A stretch of 35,983 nucleotides of DNA from Chiloscyllium plagiosum (lineage: Eukaryota), in assembly GCF_004010195.1 (NCBI RefSeq), contig NC_057753.1, positions 15,296,864 through 15,332,846 on the forward strand. Reading direction: 5' to 3'. Positions 12,536 to 23,450 of the stretch are shown piece by piece. The notes below the pieces were generated by a model, which did no database searches, was not told where the DNA came from, and saw only the letters and a program-made list of their open reading frames with translations. The translations under genes were made by a program, and so were the position numbers. Numbering within the stretch: position 1 is the stretch's first letter; each line of letters begins with the position of its first letter.

Positions 12536-13112
12536 NNNNNNNNNNNNNNNNNNNNNNNNNNNNNNNNNNNNNNNNNNNNNNNNNNNNNNNNNNNNNNNNN
12601 NNNNNNNNNNNNNNNNNNNNNNNNNNNNNNNNNNNNNNNNNNNNNNNNNNNNNNNNNNNNNNNNNNNNNNNNNNNNNNNNNNNNNNNNNNNNNNNNNNNN
12701 NNNNNNNNNNNNNNNNNNNNNNNNNNNNNNNNNNNNNNNNNNNNNNNNNNNNNNNNNNNNNNNNNNNNNNNNNNNNNNNNNNNNNNNNNNNNNNNNNNNN
12801 NNNNNNNNNNNNNNNNNNNNNNNNNNNNNNNNNNNNNNNNNNNNNNNNNNNNNNNNNNNNNNNNNNNNNNNNNNNNNNNNNNNNNNNNNNNNNNNNNNNN
12901 NNNNNNNNNNNNNNNNNNNNNNNNNNNNNNNNNNNNNNNNNNNNNNNNNNNNNNNNNNNNNNNNNNNNNNNNNNNNNNNNNNNNNNNNNNNNNNNNNNNN
13001 NNNNNNNNNNNNNNNNNNNNNNNNNNNNNNNNNNNNNNNNNNNNNNNNNNNNNNNNNNNNNNNNNNNNNNNNNNNNNNNNNNNNNNNNNNNNNNNNNNNN
13101 NNNNNNNNNNNN
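12536..13112. other. Assembly gap, preceded by poly-C (12506-12535)
   Basis: N run. Confidence 1.
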
Positions 13113-14823
13113 ATAGATATCTCCCTGAGAGAGAGAGAGGGGACTGAGAGACTCCAGTCAGTGTACAGATATCTCCCTGAGAGAGAGAGGGGACTGAGAG
13201 ACACCGGTCAGTGTACAGATATCTCCCTGAGAGAGAGATAGGTGAAAGATTGTCCAGATATCTAACTGTACATATGTAAGAGGGGGTTGGGAGGACAGAG
13301 AGTCATCAGTGAGTGTACTTATATCTCCTTGGTGGAGAGACAGGGAACTCAGAGACACCAGTCAACGTACAGATATCTGCCTGAAAGAGAGAGAAAGGGG
13401 ACAGGTAGACACCAGCCAGTGTATAGATGTCTCCCTGTGACAGAAAGAGAGAGAGACAGAGACAGAGAGGACTGAGAGACACCAGTCAGTGTACAGATAT
13501 ATCCCTGACAGAGAGTGAGTGGACAGAGAAACCCCTGTCATTGTACAGTTATCCTCCTGAGACAGAGAGTGGGGACTGAGAGACACCAGTCATTGTACAG
13601 TTATCTCCCTGAGACAGAGAGAGGGGACTGAGAGACATCAGTCAGTGTACAGATATCTCCCAGAGAGAGAGGGGGGACTGAGAGACACCAGTCAGTGTAC
13701 AGATATCCCCCTGAGAGAGAGAGAGAGAGAGGACTGAGAGATACCAGTCAATGTCCTGATATCTACCTGAGAGACTGATAGAGAACTGAACGACACCAGT
13801 CAGTGTATATATATCTCCCTGACGTTGATCGATGGGACTGAGAGACACAAGTCAAGGCTGAGATATCTCCCTGAAAGAGAGAAAGAGGGCACTGAGAGAA
13901 AACAATCAGTGTACGGACATCTCCCTGAGGGGGAGAGAGACACAAAGAGAGAGAGAGAGAGTCTGAGAGACACCACTGAGTTTGCAGATATCACTCAGAG
14001 AGAGAGAGAGAGAGAGAGAAAGAGAAGGAGAGGTGTCTGAGAGGCACCAGTCATTGCACAGAGATCTCTGAGAGACCGAGGGGTCTGTGAGACACCAGTC
14101 AGTGTAGAGATGTATCCCTGAGAGAGAGAGAATTGAGAGACACCACTCAGGGTTCCGTTATCTCCCTCAGAGAGAGGGAGAGAGAAAGATAGATCGATAA
14201 AGTAGATAGGAAGAGAGAGAGGGAGAGAGAGAGAGAGAGAGTGAGAGAAAGAGAGAGAGAGAGAAAGGAACAGGGAGACACCAGTCAGCGTACAGATATC
14301 TCCCTGAGAGAGAGAGGACTGAGAGACACCAGTCAGTGCGCAGATGTCACCCTGAGAGCGAGAGAGGGGACTGAGACACCAGTCAGTGTACAGATATCTC
14401 CGTGGGAGAGAGGGAGAGAGGGCAGACTGATAGGCAATTCTCAGTAAATCCCAGTCAGAGAGCTAAGGCATCCAGAGATAGCAGTCACTTTACAGATAGC
14501 TCTCAGAGAGAGAGAGAGAGAGAGATAAAGAGAAGGTTGTGGTGTTTGACAGACACCAGTCAGTGTACAGATATTTCCCTGAGAGAGAGTGATGGGGTCG
14601 AGAGACAACAGTCAGTGTGCAGATATCTCCCTGAGAGACAGACAGAGAGAGAGAGAGAGAGAGAAGAGAGTGAGTATTGAAAGGCACCAGTCAGTGTAGA
14701 GATATCTCCCTGAGAGAGAGAGAGACAGAGACAGAGAGAGAGAGTGGTGTGGGGTGTGCTACTGAGAGGCACCAATGTGGCACGGTGGCACAGTGGTTAG
14801 CACTGCTGCCTCACAGCACCCCT

Positions 14824-14854
<31 letters not shown>

Positions 14855-14960
14855 GAGATACCAGTCAGTGTCCTGATATCTACCTGAGAGAGAGAGAGGG
14901 GACTGAGAGACACCAGTCAGTGTACAGATATCTCTCTGAGGGAGAGAGGGGGGACTGAGA
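13113..14960 (-). repeat. Same ~50-bp minisatellite in opposite orientation with (ga)n spacers
   Basis: Repeated ggactgagagacaccagtcagtgtacagatatctccctgagagag, the reverse complement of the 11711-12490 unit. Confidence 0.95.
14777..14820 (+). mobile_element. HE1 SINE 5' head fragment (A box only) inside the minisatellite
   Basis: gtggcacggtggcacagtggttagcactgctgcctcacagc, nearly identical to the head of the SINE at 4906. Confidence 0.85.
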
Positions 14961-15179
14961 CCCTGTTTCTTTCTCCGACATGCTTTTTAACACTCCAGTC
15001 GATGCTGTGGCTGTTAGCATTGCGTTGAAAAGTTTCCAACGAGAGGTGTCAGTTTCAACTATCAGTTCACATCTCTCTCTCTCTCTCACACACACTCAGA
15101 GCTGTCACTGGCTTGTTATGATTCTGGCTGCTGTCTCAGTCACAGCGAGGAACCTCATCCCCTCACCTCCTCCCCATGG

Positions 15180-16180
15180 AGATTACAGAAATAGGGAGGG
15201 GTGTAGGGGCTGGAGGGGATTACAGAGATAGGGAGGGGGTGGTGGGGGCGGTTGGGGGGTTACAGAGATAGGGAGAACTCTACATGTTCCCGGAACTGGG
15301 AGCCGTCAGTTCTCGTAGAGCGGTTGCCAACAACCCACGCTCGGCGGTTAAACGTAACCCCGGAGCAGACTCCCGGGTCTGGTTTATACTCACTCTACGT
15401 GTTACCGGAACTGGGAGCCGTCAGTTCTCGTAGAGCGGTTGCCAACAACCCACGCTCGGCGGTTAAACGTAACCCCGGAGCAGACTCCCGGGTCTGGTTT
15501 ATACTCACTCTACGTGTTACCGGAACTGGGAGCCGTCAGTTCTCGTAGAGCGGTTGCCAACAATCCACGCTCGGCGGTTAAACGCAACCCCGGAGCAGAC
15601 TCTACCGAACTGGAGACTTTTCCAGCTGATATACTCTTTTCCAGATATAAACATTCATGTGAACAGCAGAGCAAGGCTAAAAAACACATTCCATTCTGGT
15701 TACATTCAGATAAGAAGATTCACACGGGGAGGTGTGTAATAAGATTCACACGGGACTAAGCAACACCTCCATTCCGGTTAGATTCACACATGTATTGGGA
15801 CATAATTTTTAACCGTTTCACCACATTCCACTGCTTGGAATTTTACACCACACAGAGGTGGGGTGTGTATGGGCTGGTTGGGGTTAGAGGGATAGGAATT
15901 GGGTGTACGTGCTGGAAGGGCTTACAGAGATAGGGAGGGTTTGTAGTGGTGGAGTGTGTTACAAAGAAACGGATGGGGTGTGGGGGCTGGATGGGGTGAG
16001 TAGATAGGAACTGTGTGTAGGTGCTGAAGGGGGTTACAACGATAAGGTGGGATGTAGGGGTGTAGCAGGTTACCGAGATTAGGAGGGGGTGTAGGGGCTG
16101 GATAAGTTATAGAGGTGCAGAGGGTTTGTTGGGCCTGGAGGGGGTTACAGAGATAGGGAGGGGGTGTAGAGGTTGGATGA
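15180..16180. repeat. Purine-rich ~37-bp minisatellite (ttacagagatagggaggggtgtaggggctggaggg) in two blocks, 15180-15275 and 15860-16180
   Basis: Repeated tacagagataggga motif flanking the 115-bp array. Confidence 0.8.
15277..15602. repeat. CpG-rich 115-bp tandem repeat, ~2.8 near-identical copies; possible promoter/first exon or structured RNA
   Basis: ccggaactgggagccgtcagttctcgtagagcgg starts at 15290, 15405, 15520; only about four substitutions among copies. Confidence 0.92.
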
Positions 16181-16199
16181 GTACTTTTAACCTGGGAAT

Positions 16200-16512
16200 C
16201 AACCTCCCTCTACATTGTCCCCTCCATCAGACACTTTCAGGACAGCAACCACACAGGGTTAGATCGAGACGTCTAGCTCTCTCTACACTGTCACCATCGT
16301 AGGACAGGGAGAGCATGGGGTTAGATACAGAGACTAGGTGCCTCTACACTGTCCCCATCCCATCAAACACGCCCAGGACAGGGACAGCACGGGGATAAAT
16401 ACAAGGTAATGTTCCCTCTACACTGCCCCCACTATTAAACACTCCCAGGACAGGGACAGCATAGGGTTAGATACAGTGTCTAGCTCCCTCTACACTGTCT
16501 CCCCATCAAAGA
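16200..16512. repeat. ~65-70-bp minisatellite (ctctacactgtccccatcaaacactcccaggacagggacagca..gggttagatac), ~4.5 copies
   Basis: ctctaca(c/t)tg recurs at ~16208, 16282, 16343, 16416, 16488. Confidence 0.85.
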
Positions 16513-16921
16513 GTCAGAGGTGTAGACAGGTTTAATGTCATTGTCACTGAAGGTCTCTCTCCGAGATGGGGGGGGTGGGGGGTTCTGCTTCCTGACATCG
16601 ATCCCACAATCCCCGGTTCGGAGCTAATGTCCCTCCCTTGTACTTCTGAAGGAGTGGAGGATGCTGGGTAAAGAGGTCATGGCTGCTGGTTCCTGTCAGC
16701 ATCACCCGCCAACAAGATCCGAATACCCTCAGAACACACAGAGAGAGAAAGAGGCCGCTCAGCCCCTCCAGCCATTCAAATCTGATCCACATCAGAACTT
16801 TGAGAAAGACACAAACGTCAGCACTTTCCAAAACCTTCTGCAATGGTGGCTTGACCCAACGACCTTCTGAGTGCTAACAGCAAGCAGCATCCCAGTGAGC
16901 CCCTCGGAATTCTGGGACAGG

Positions 16922-16982
16922 GTGAGGTCTGCTGGAGCTCAGAGTCGAAGAGTGTGGCGCTGGAAAAGCACAGCTGGTCTGG
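16922..16982 (-). mobile_element. Penelope pLTR terminal fragment
   Basis: gtgaggtctgctggagctcagagtcgaagagtgtggcgctggaaaagcacagc resembles 2628-2695 and 29570-29627. Confidence 0.65.
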
Positions 16983-17289
16983 TATTTAGCTGACTTACAA
17001 GGAATGGTCAGGGCATTTATCCATTGCGGTTATGTATTGGAAAGGGGGGTTTCGGTCCATTGGGATGGCGTAGATGGGAGAGAATGGGAAGGTGTTGTGA
17101 AGTTGTGTACAATCCCTTAGGAATTGAAAAGCAATGCGCGGTCCCTTTAAGAAGTCAAGTCATTTTCTCAGCTGAGAGATTTTTTTTTTTTTAAAAAAAG
17201 CTGTGTGGGCGGCAGGTTTCAGTCGCCCAATTTAAAACGTTTTGCATCAAACAGCCAAGCAGCAATTTTACCAAGTTCACAAGGCAGCC

Positions 17290-18110
17290 TGGCAACACAA
17301 AGTGCCAGGGACCCAGGTTCGATTCCAGTCTCAGGGCGACTGTCTGTGTGGAGTTTGCACATTCTCCCCGTGTCTGAATGTGTTTCCTCCGGGTACTCCA
17401 GTTTCCTCTCACAATCCAAAGTCGTGCAAGATAGGGGAACTGGTCGTGCTAAATTGCCCGTAGTGTTCTGGGATGTGCAGGCGAGGGTGGATTGGCCATG
17501 CTAAATTGTCCCGTATTGTCCCAGGATGCGCAGGTTTTGATGGATTGGCCGTTATAAATTGCCCCGTGGTGTCCAGGGATGTTCACGATAGGGTGGATTG
17601 TCAGTGCAAAATTGTCCCATAGTGTCAGGGATGTGCAGGTTAGGACGGATTGGCCGTGCAAAATTGTCCCATAGTGTTCATGGATGTACAGATTAGTGTG
17701 GGTTGTCCATAGGAAATTGTCCCGTCGTGTCCAGGGGTGTGCAGGCTGGGGAGGTTTGGCCATGCTCCATGGTCCCATAGTGTGCAGCGATGTGCAGGTT
17801 AGGGTGGATTGGTCATAGGAAATTGTCCTGTTGTGCCCAGGGATGCGCAGATTAGGGTGAATTGGCCGTGGGAAATTGTCCCATTTGGTACAGGGATCTG
17901 CATGTCGGGGTAGATTGGCCATGGGAAATTTACCATAGTGTCCAGGAATAGGTAGGTTAAGGTAGATTGGTCAGGGGAAATTGTCCCATCGCACCCAGGA
18001 ATGTGCAGGTTAGGTGCATTTGTCAGGGGTAAATGTAGCTTAAAATGGTGTGGGAATGGGTCTGAGTGGGTTACTTTTTGGTGGGTTGGAGTGGACTTGC
18101 TGGGCCAAAT
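17290..18110 (+). mobile_element. HE1-type SINE with internal tandem expansion (~53 bp x about 11)
   Basis: B box ggttcgattcc and V-domain, then repeats of gatgtgcaggttagggtggattggccatg..aaattgtcccatagtgtccagg (17430-18030), then normal tail gtggacttgctgggcc. Confidence 0.85.
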
Positions 18111-18125
18111 CCCAAGTAAAGATTC

Positions 18126-18836
18126 TGTGACAGTTTAAATTCAGTTAGTTAGTTTAAAATGTCACTTGGAGACTAAAAAAACAAATAAATTTAAGTTTGG
18201 CTGTTTTGACAACTCAGACCCATCTGGATTGTGAAAACATTGATGTTTGACAGGTGATATATAACCAAATCAGGAAAGAGCCAATTGCCATCTGAAGAGG
18301 AAATAATCACCTTGCTCTCACAAGAAATCTCTGCGATCTCTGAGGCTCCCATCCACCCACCCAGCCATAAACATGACCACAGCACGTTCAGCTAACATTC
18401 CTGTATTAGAATTTGGCAGAGAGAGGCGTTCAGAACAGGAGAAATTCCAGAGAAGCATCCCTGACAGCAGGAGAGACAGAGGGGAAAGGCTGGAGAAGAC
18501 AGAATAATATTTCAGAAGACACATCCAATGTCACCACTGAGAGATTAAGTTTTGATATTTTGTGTTGATTTAAAAGTGGGAGATGTATTTAAACGAACAG
18601 CATCCCATTAGAATCTTGTTTTATTCGGGAATGGGCAATTAGAGAGACATTGCTCGGCTATTACTGGCTCTGTTAATTTGTTCCTTGTTGGAGTTGAATA
18701 AATGCATTTTTTCTTGTTACAAATCAGAGATTCCTTTCATATAACCGCACCGTTAACAGGTTACAAGGCGTAAGGTGAGTTTTCTGTGTGTTTTGGTTTA
18801 ACTATCAGTAGATAACCTTTACCTGCAGTCTTAACG
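18126..18836 (+). mobile_element. Possible solo or partial LTR
   Basis: Begins tgtgac, contains aataaa (~18697), ends cttaac followed by ttggggct (weakly PBS-like); no partner LTR in window. Confidence 0.35.
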
Positions 18837-18926
18837 GGTTGGGGCTGGTGTGTCAGATGAATGATCAGCGGACCATGAACTTTCCCTTTCGAAACAAAGG
18901 GGGTTCGGGTCCATTGGGTTTGTGTC

Positions 18927-19740
18927 CAGAGTGCATTGCTGGAAAAGAACAGCTGGTCAGGCAGCATCCAAGGAGCTTGAAATTTGACGTTTCGGGCACA
19001 AGCCCTTCATCAGGAATGAGGCTGGGAGCCGAGGGTGTGGAGAGATAAATGGGAGGTGGGTGGGGCTGTGCTGAAGGTAGCCGACAATGTGATAGGTAGA
19101 TGAGGGTGGGGAAATGATGACAAGGTGTGAGGAGTGTGGAGCGGATAGGTGGGCAGGAAGATGGACAGGTAGGAAAGAACATGAGGGCGTGCCACACAGG
19201 AAGATTGGATCTGGGATAAAGTGCGTGGAGGCGAAAAGAGGGAACTGATGAAATCCACATTAATCCCATGTGGTTGAAGGGTCCCAGGGCGGAAGATGAG
19301 GCTTTCTTCCTCTAGGTATCGGGTGGTTAGGGTTTGGTGATGGAGAAGGCCCAGGAAAAGCATGTCATTGGTGCAATGGGAGGTGGAGTTAAAGTGTTCG
19401 GCCATGGGGTGGTGGAGTTGGTGGGAGCGCATGTCCCAGAGATGCTTTCTGAAGCGTTCTGCATTTAGGCATCTTGTTTCCCCAATGTAGTGGAGGCCAC
19501 ACCAGGAGCAACGGATACAGTAGAGGACATGTGTGGAAGTGCAGGTAAATGCCTGATGGATGTGGAAGGTTCCTTTGGTGCCTTGGGCGGTGGTGAGGGG
19601 AGAGGTGTGGGTGCAGGTTTTGCAATTCTTACAGGGGCAGTGGAAGGTGCCAGGAGGGTGGATTGTTGAGGCACGTGGACCTGAGAAGAGAGTCGCAGAG
19701 GGAATTTTTTTTTTGCGGAATGCAGATGGGGCAGGGAGGG
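18927..19740 (-). mobile_element. Penelope-like element 3' fragment: Cys-rich linker, GIY-YIG endonuclease and pLTR
   Basis: Minus frame continuous with ORF 19010..19432: CKNCKTCTH...FTCTSTHVLYCIRCSWCGLHYIGETRCLNAERFRKH...PMAEHFNSTSH...LEEESLIFRPGTLQPHGINVDF. Confidence 0.92.
18982..19017 (-). ncRNA. Minimal type I hammerhead ribozyme motif of the Penelope pLTR
   Basis: Minus strand auuc-CUGAUGA-aGGGC-uugu-GCCC-GAAAC-GUC-aaau: full catalytic core, 4-bp helix II, palindromic ACGU helix III; helix I has a C-A mismatch beside the cleavage site. Confidence 0.8.
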
Positions 19741-19749
19741 AAATAAATG

Positions 19750-22230
19750 AATGGGGGGGGGGTCCGTTTGTGCAGAGTAGGAATGAACAGGATGGGGTTT
19801 CGGTTCATTGGGATTGTGCAGAATGGGTGTAAACGGGGCGGGGATTGATTCCAATTGGATTGTGTAGAGTGGGAGTGAGCTGGAAGACATTTCATCCATT
19901 TGAATTATGCAGAGTGGGAGCGAAGGGGGCGGGGCTTAGTGTTTATTGGGATGGTGCAGAGTGGGAGTGAATGGGAAAAGGGTTTTGTGTCCATTCAGAG
20001 AATGCAGTTTAAGAGTGAACGGGAAAGCGTTGGGGTCCAGGAACAGGAAGGGTTTTGTGTCCATTCGGATTGCAACAAATTGGAGCGAATGGGAAGAGGC
20101 TTGGGACCATTGGGATTGTGTAGAGTGGGAGTGAATGGGGTTTGGTGCCAATTCGGATTCTTCCAATTGAAAGCGAACAGGAAGGGTTTTGGGACCATTG
20201 TCACTTTTGAGAATGACAGTGAACAGGAGGGGGTTTGGTGTGCAGTGGGATCATGGAAAGTGGGAATGAACAGGAAGAGGATTGGAGCCATTGGGATTTG
20301 GTAGAGTATGAGTGACTGCGTAGGAATTTGGATCCATTAGGATTGTGTAGAGTGGGAATGATCGGGAAGGTCTTTGCATTCATTAGGATTCTGTCGAGTG
20401 GAATTAGATGGGAAGGGATTTAGGTACAACGTCATTAAAACGAGTGGAAATGAAGAGCATGGGATTTTGTGTCCATTGGGACGGTGTAGAGTGGTAGTGA
20501 ATGGGAAGGGGTTTTGAAACCACTGGGATTGTGTGGTGTGAGATTGAATTGGAAGGGGTTTGGATCCATTGAGATTGTGTGGTGTGGAAGAGAATGGGAA
20601 GGGGTTTGGGCCGATTGGGATTTTGTAGAGTAGGAATGAATGGAAAGCAGATTAGTCCATTGGGATTGTGTGGATGAGAACGAGCAGGAAGAGGTTGGGG
20701 TCCACTGGGATTGTTGAGACCCAAAGGGAATCACAAGGGGAATGGATCCATTTGGACAATGTAGAATGGGAATTAATGGGAAACAGTTGGATTGTGTGGT
20801 GTGGGGTTGAACGGGAAAGGGCTTAGGTCTATTAGGATTGCATTAAGTGGGAGTGAATGGGAGTGAGGCTGAGTCCACTGGAATTGTGTAGAGTGAGAGT
20901 AAATGCAATGGGGTTTGGGTCCGTTGCGATTGTGGAGGGTGGGAGTGAATGGGAAGGAGTCTGAGTCCATTGGGTTGTGTAGAGTGGGAGTGAATGGGAA
21001 GGAGTCTGAGTCCATTGGGTTGTGTAGAGTGGGAGTGAATGGGAAGGAGTCTGAGTCCATTGGGTTGTGTAGAGTGGGAGTGAATGGGAAGGAGTCTGAG
21101 TCCATTGGGTTGTGTAGAGTGGGAGTGAATGGGAAGGAGTCTGAGTCCATTGGGTTGTGTAGAGTGGGAGTGAACGGGAAGGTGTGTGAGTCCATTGCAA
21201 CAATGTCGATTGTGAATCGTACGGGAACACTTTTAGCAAGAGTGAGGACTGCGGATGCTGGAGGTTAGAGTCGACAGAGTAGTGCTGGGAATCCACAACA
21301 GGTCAGGGAGCATCCGAGGAGCAGGAGAATCAACGTTTCAGGCAAAAGAAAAAACGCTTCTGAGAAGATGTAGAGTTGGTTGGAATAGAAAGCAGTTGAG
21401 AACATTGAGTTTGTACAGAGAGCAAGTGAATGGGAAGGTGTTTGGTTGCATTTAGATTACACAAAGGAGTGAATACAGAGCCTTTGTGTCCAATGGGCTT
21501 GTGCACAGAAGGAGTGATCAGGAAGGGGGTCTGGGTCTGTCCGTTGGGATTTTTTAGAGTGGAGTTGAATGCAAAAGGGATTGTGTCCATTGGGAGTCGG
21601 TGGAGTGGGAGTGAACGGGCAATGGTTTGGGGTCCATTGGGATCATAGAGAGTTGAAGCCAATGGAGAGGGCTTTTGATTCATTGGAATTGTGTAGCGTG
21701 GGAGTGAATGTAAAGTAATTTGGATCAATTGAGATTGTGTCGAGTGGCACTAATTGGAAGGTGTTTAGAGCCATTGAGATTGCGTAGACTGGGGACACAC
21801 TGGAGGAACTCTGTGTCCATTGCAACTGAGGCGATTGGCAATGAACAGGAAGGTGCTTGGGTGGACTGGGAATGTGTAGACTGGGTTTGAAAGGGACGTG
21901 TATTAATCCATATTGGTTTGCAGAGTGAATTGGGAGACATTTGGACGTATACAGTGGGACTGAACACAAATGGTTTGTGTCAATTGGGCTTGTGGACAGA
22001 AGGAGTGAGCGGCAATGAGATTGAACGTGAATGCTTTTGTGTCGATGGCAATATTGTAGCGTGGGAGTGAACAGGAAGTGGTTTGAGTCAATTTGGATCG
22101 GGTACAACAGGAGTAAGCTGGATGTGGATTGGGTCTATTAGGATTGGACAATGTTGGAGTGAATGGGGTGGTGGCTACATTTCCACTGGGACTGTGTACG
22201 GTGGGAATAAATGAGAAGTGAATTGGGTCC
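19750..22230. repeat. G-rich ~45-46-bp minisatellite with a homogenised core at 20938-21197
   Basis: Unit gggagtgaatgggaaggagtctgagtccattgggttgtgtagagt exact at 20941, 20986, 21031, 21076, 21121; diverged copies on both sides. Confidence 0.92.
21237..21350 (-). mobile_element. Penelope pLTR fragment inserted in the minisatellite
   Basis: agtgaggactgcggatgctggag...caggtcagggagcatccgaggagcaggagaatcaacgtttc. Confidence 0.75.
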
Positions 22231-22231
22231 A

Positions 22232-23447
22232 GTGGGCGGCACCGTGGTCAACATCGCTGCCTCAAAGCACCAGGGACCGGATTCGATTTGACCCTTGGCC
22301 GACTGGCTGTTTGGAGTTTGCACATTCATGATAGAATCCCTACAGTGTGGAGACTGGCCATTTGGCCCAAACATCTATTCTGACCCTCCGAAGCGTATCC
22401 TGCTTCGGCTCAATCCCCTATCCTATGACCGTATATTTCCCCTGGCTAATGCCCCTAACCCAGGCACCCTTGAACATTATGGGCCATTTAGCATGGCCAA
22501 TTCATCGAGCATGTATATCATTGGACAGTGAGAGGAAACCAGAGTAGCTGGAGGAAACTCACACGGATGTGGGGTGAATGTGCAGACTCCGCACAGAAAG
22601 TCGCCCCGAGCCTATAATGGAAGCAGGGTCCCTGGCACTGTGAGGCAGTAGTGCTAACCACTGAGCCACCCTCGAGCCTGCATGGGATTCCTCCAGGTGC
22701 TCTGGGTAACTCCGATGGATTCGCTATGATCAATTTCCTATCGTGTCCAGGGATGAGGAGGTTATGGTGGATTGGACATGCTAAATTGTCCTGTCGTGTC
22801 CAGGTATGTGAAGATTAGGGTGGGTTGGCCGTGCTCAGTTGACCTGTTGTATTCAGGGATGTGCAGATTAGGGTGGATTGGCTGTACTAAATTTTCCCGC
22901 AATGTGCAGGGATGTGCAGCTTAGGGTGGATTGGCTGTGTTAACTTGACCTGTAGTGATGAGAGATGTGCAGTTTCGGATGGATTGGCCGTGCTAAAACT
23001 ATCTTGTAGCGCCCAATCGTTTGAAGGTTAGGATGGATGCTAAATTGTCCTGTAGCGTACAGAGATGTGCAGGTCAGGGTGGATTACCACGCTAAATTGT
23101 CCCATATTGTCCAGGGATGTGGAGGTGAAGTTGTGTTGGCTTTGGGAAATTGCCCCATAGTGTCCAGGGGTGTGAAGGTTCGGGTGGGTTGGCCATAGGA
23201 AATTGTCCCGCAGTGTCCAGGGGTGTGCAGGCTAGGGTGGATTGGCCATAGGAAATTGTCCCACAGTGTCCAGTGGTGTGCAGGTTAAGGGTGTATTGGT
23301 CATGCTAATTTGTCCCATAGTGTCCAGGGGCAGGCTCGGTGGATTAGCCATGATAAATGCAGCGAGACAAGGATGGGGTGTGTCTGGGAGGATTGGTGTG
23401 GAAACAATGGGCTGAATGGTGTGCTTCCAGTCTATACGAATTCTACC
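22232..23447 (+). mobile_element. HE1-type SINE with ~53-bp internal tandem expansion (22735-23360), split by a nested SINE
   Basis: Head and V-domain start at 22232-22327, resumes tgcatgggattcctccaggtgc at ~22679, about 12 repeats, tail ggtgtggaaacaatgggctgaatgg. Confidence 0.8.
22328..22675 (-). mobile_element. HE1-type SINE, full length, antisense, nested in another HE1
   Basis: atagaatccctacagtgtgg (tail) to gtgctaaccactgagccacc (A box, reverse complement). Confidence 0.88.
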
Positions 23448-23450
23448 TAA

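Noticed and set aside
11199..13241. Long ORFs containing X runs (also 25401-26423 and 35192-35974)
   Set aside because: Artefacts of translating through N gaps
11711..14960. CRISPR-like repeat-spacer appearance
   Set aside because: Spacers are (ct)n/(ga)n microsatellite, not unique; no cas genes; vertebrate context
16652..16921. Possible exon containing the 69-aa ORF 16661..16870
   Set aside because: The apparent donor gtgagg is the end of a Penelope pLTR fragment; acceptor is modest; peptide not recognisable
20773..21296. ORFs with perfect 15-aa repeats
   Set aside because: Open on both strands because the 45-bp unit is a multiple of three; flanking units break frame
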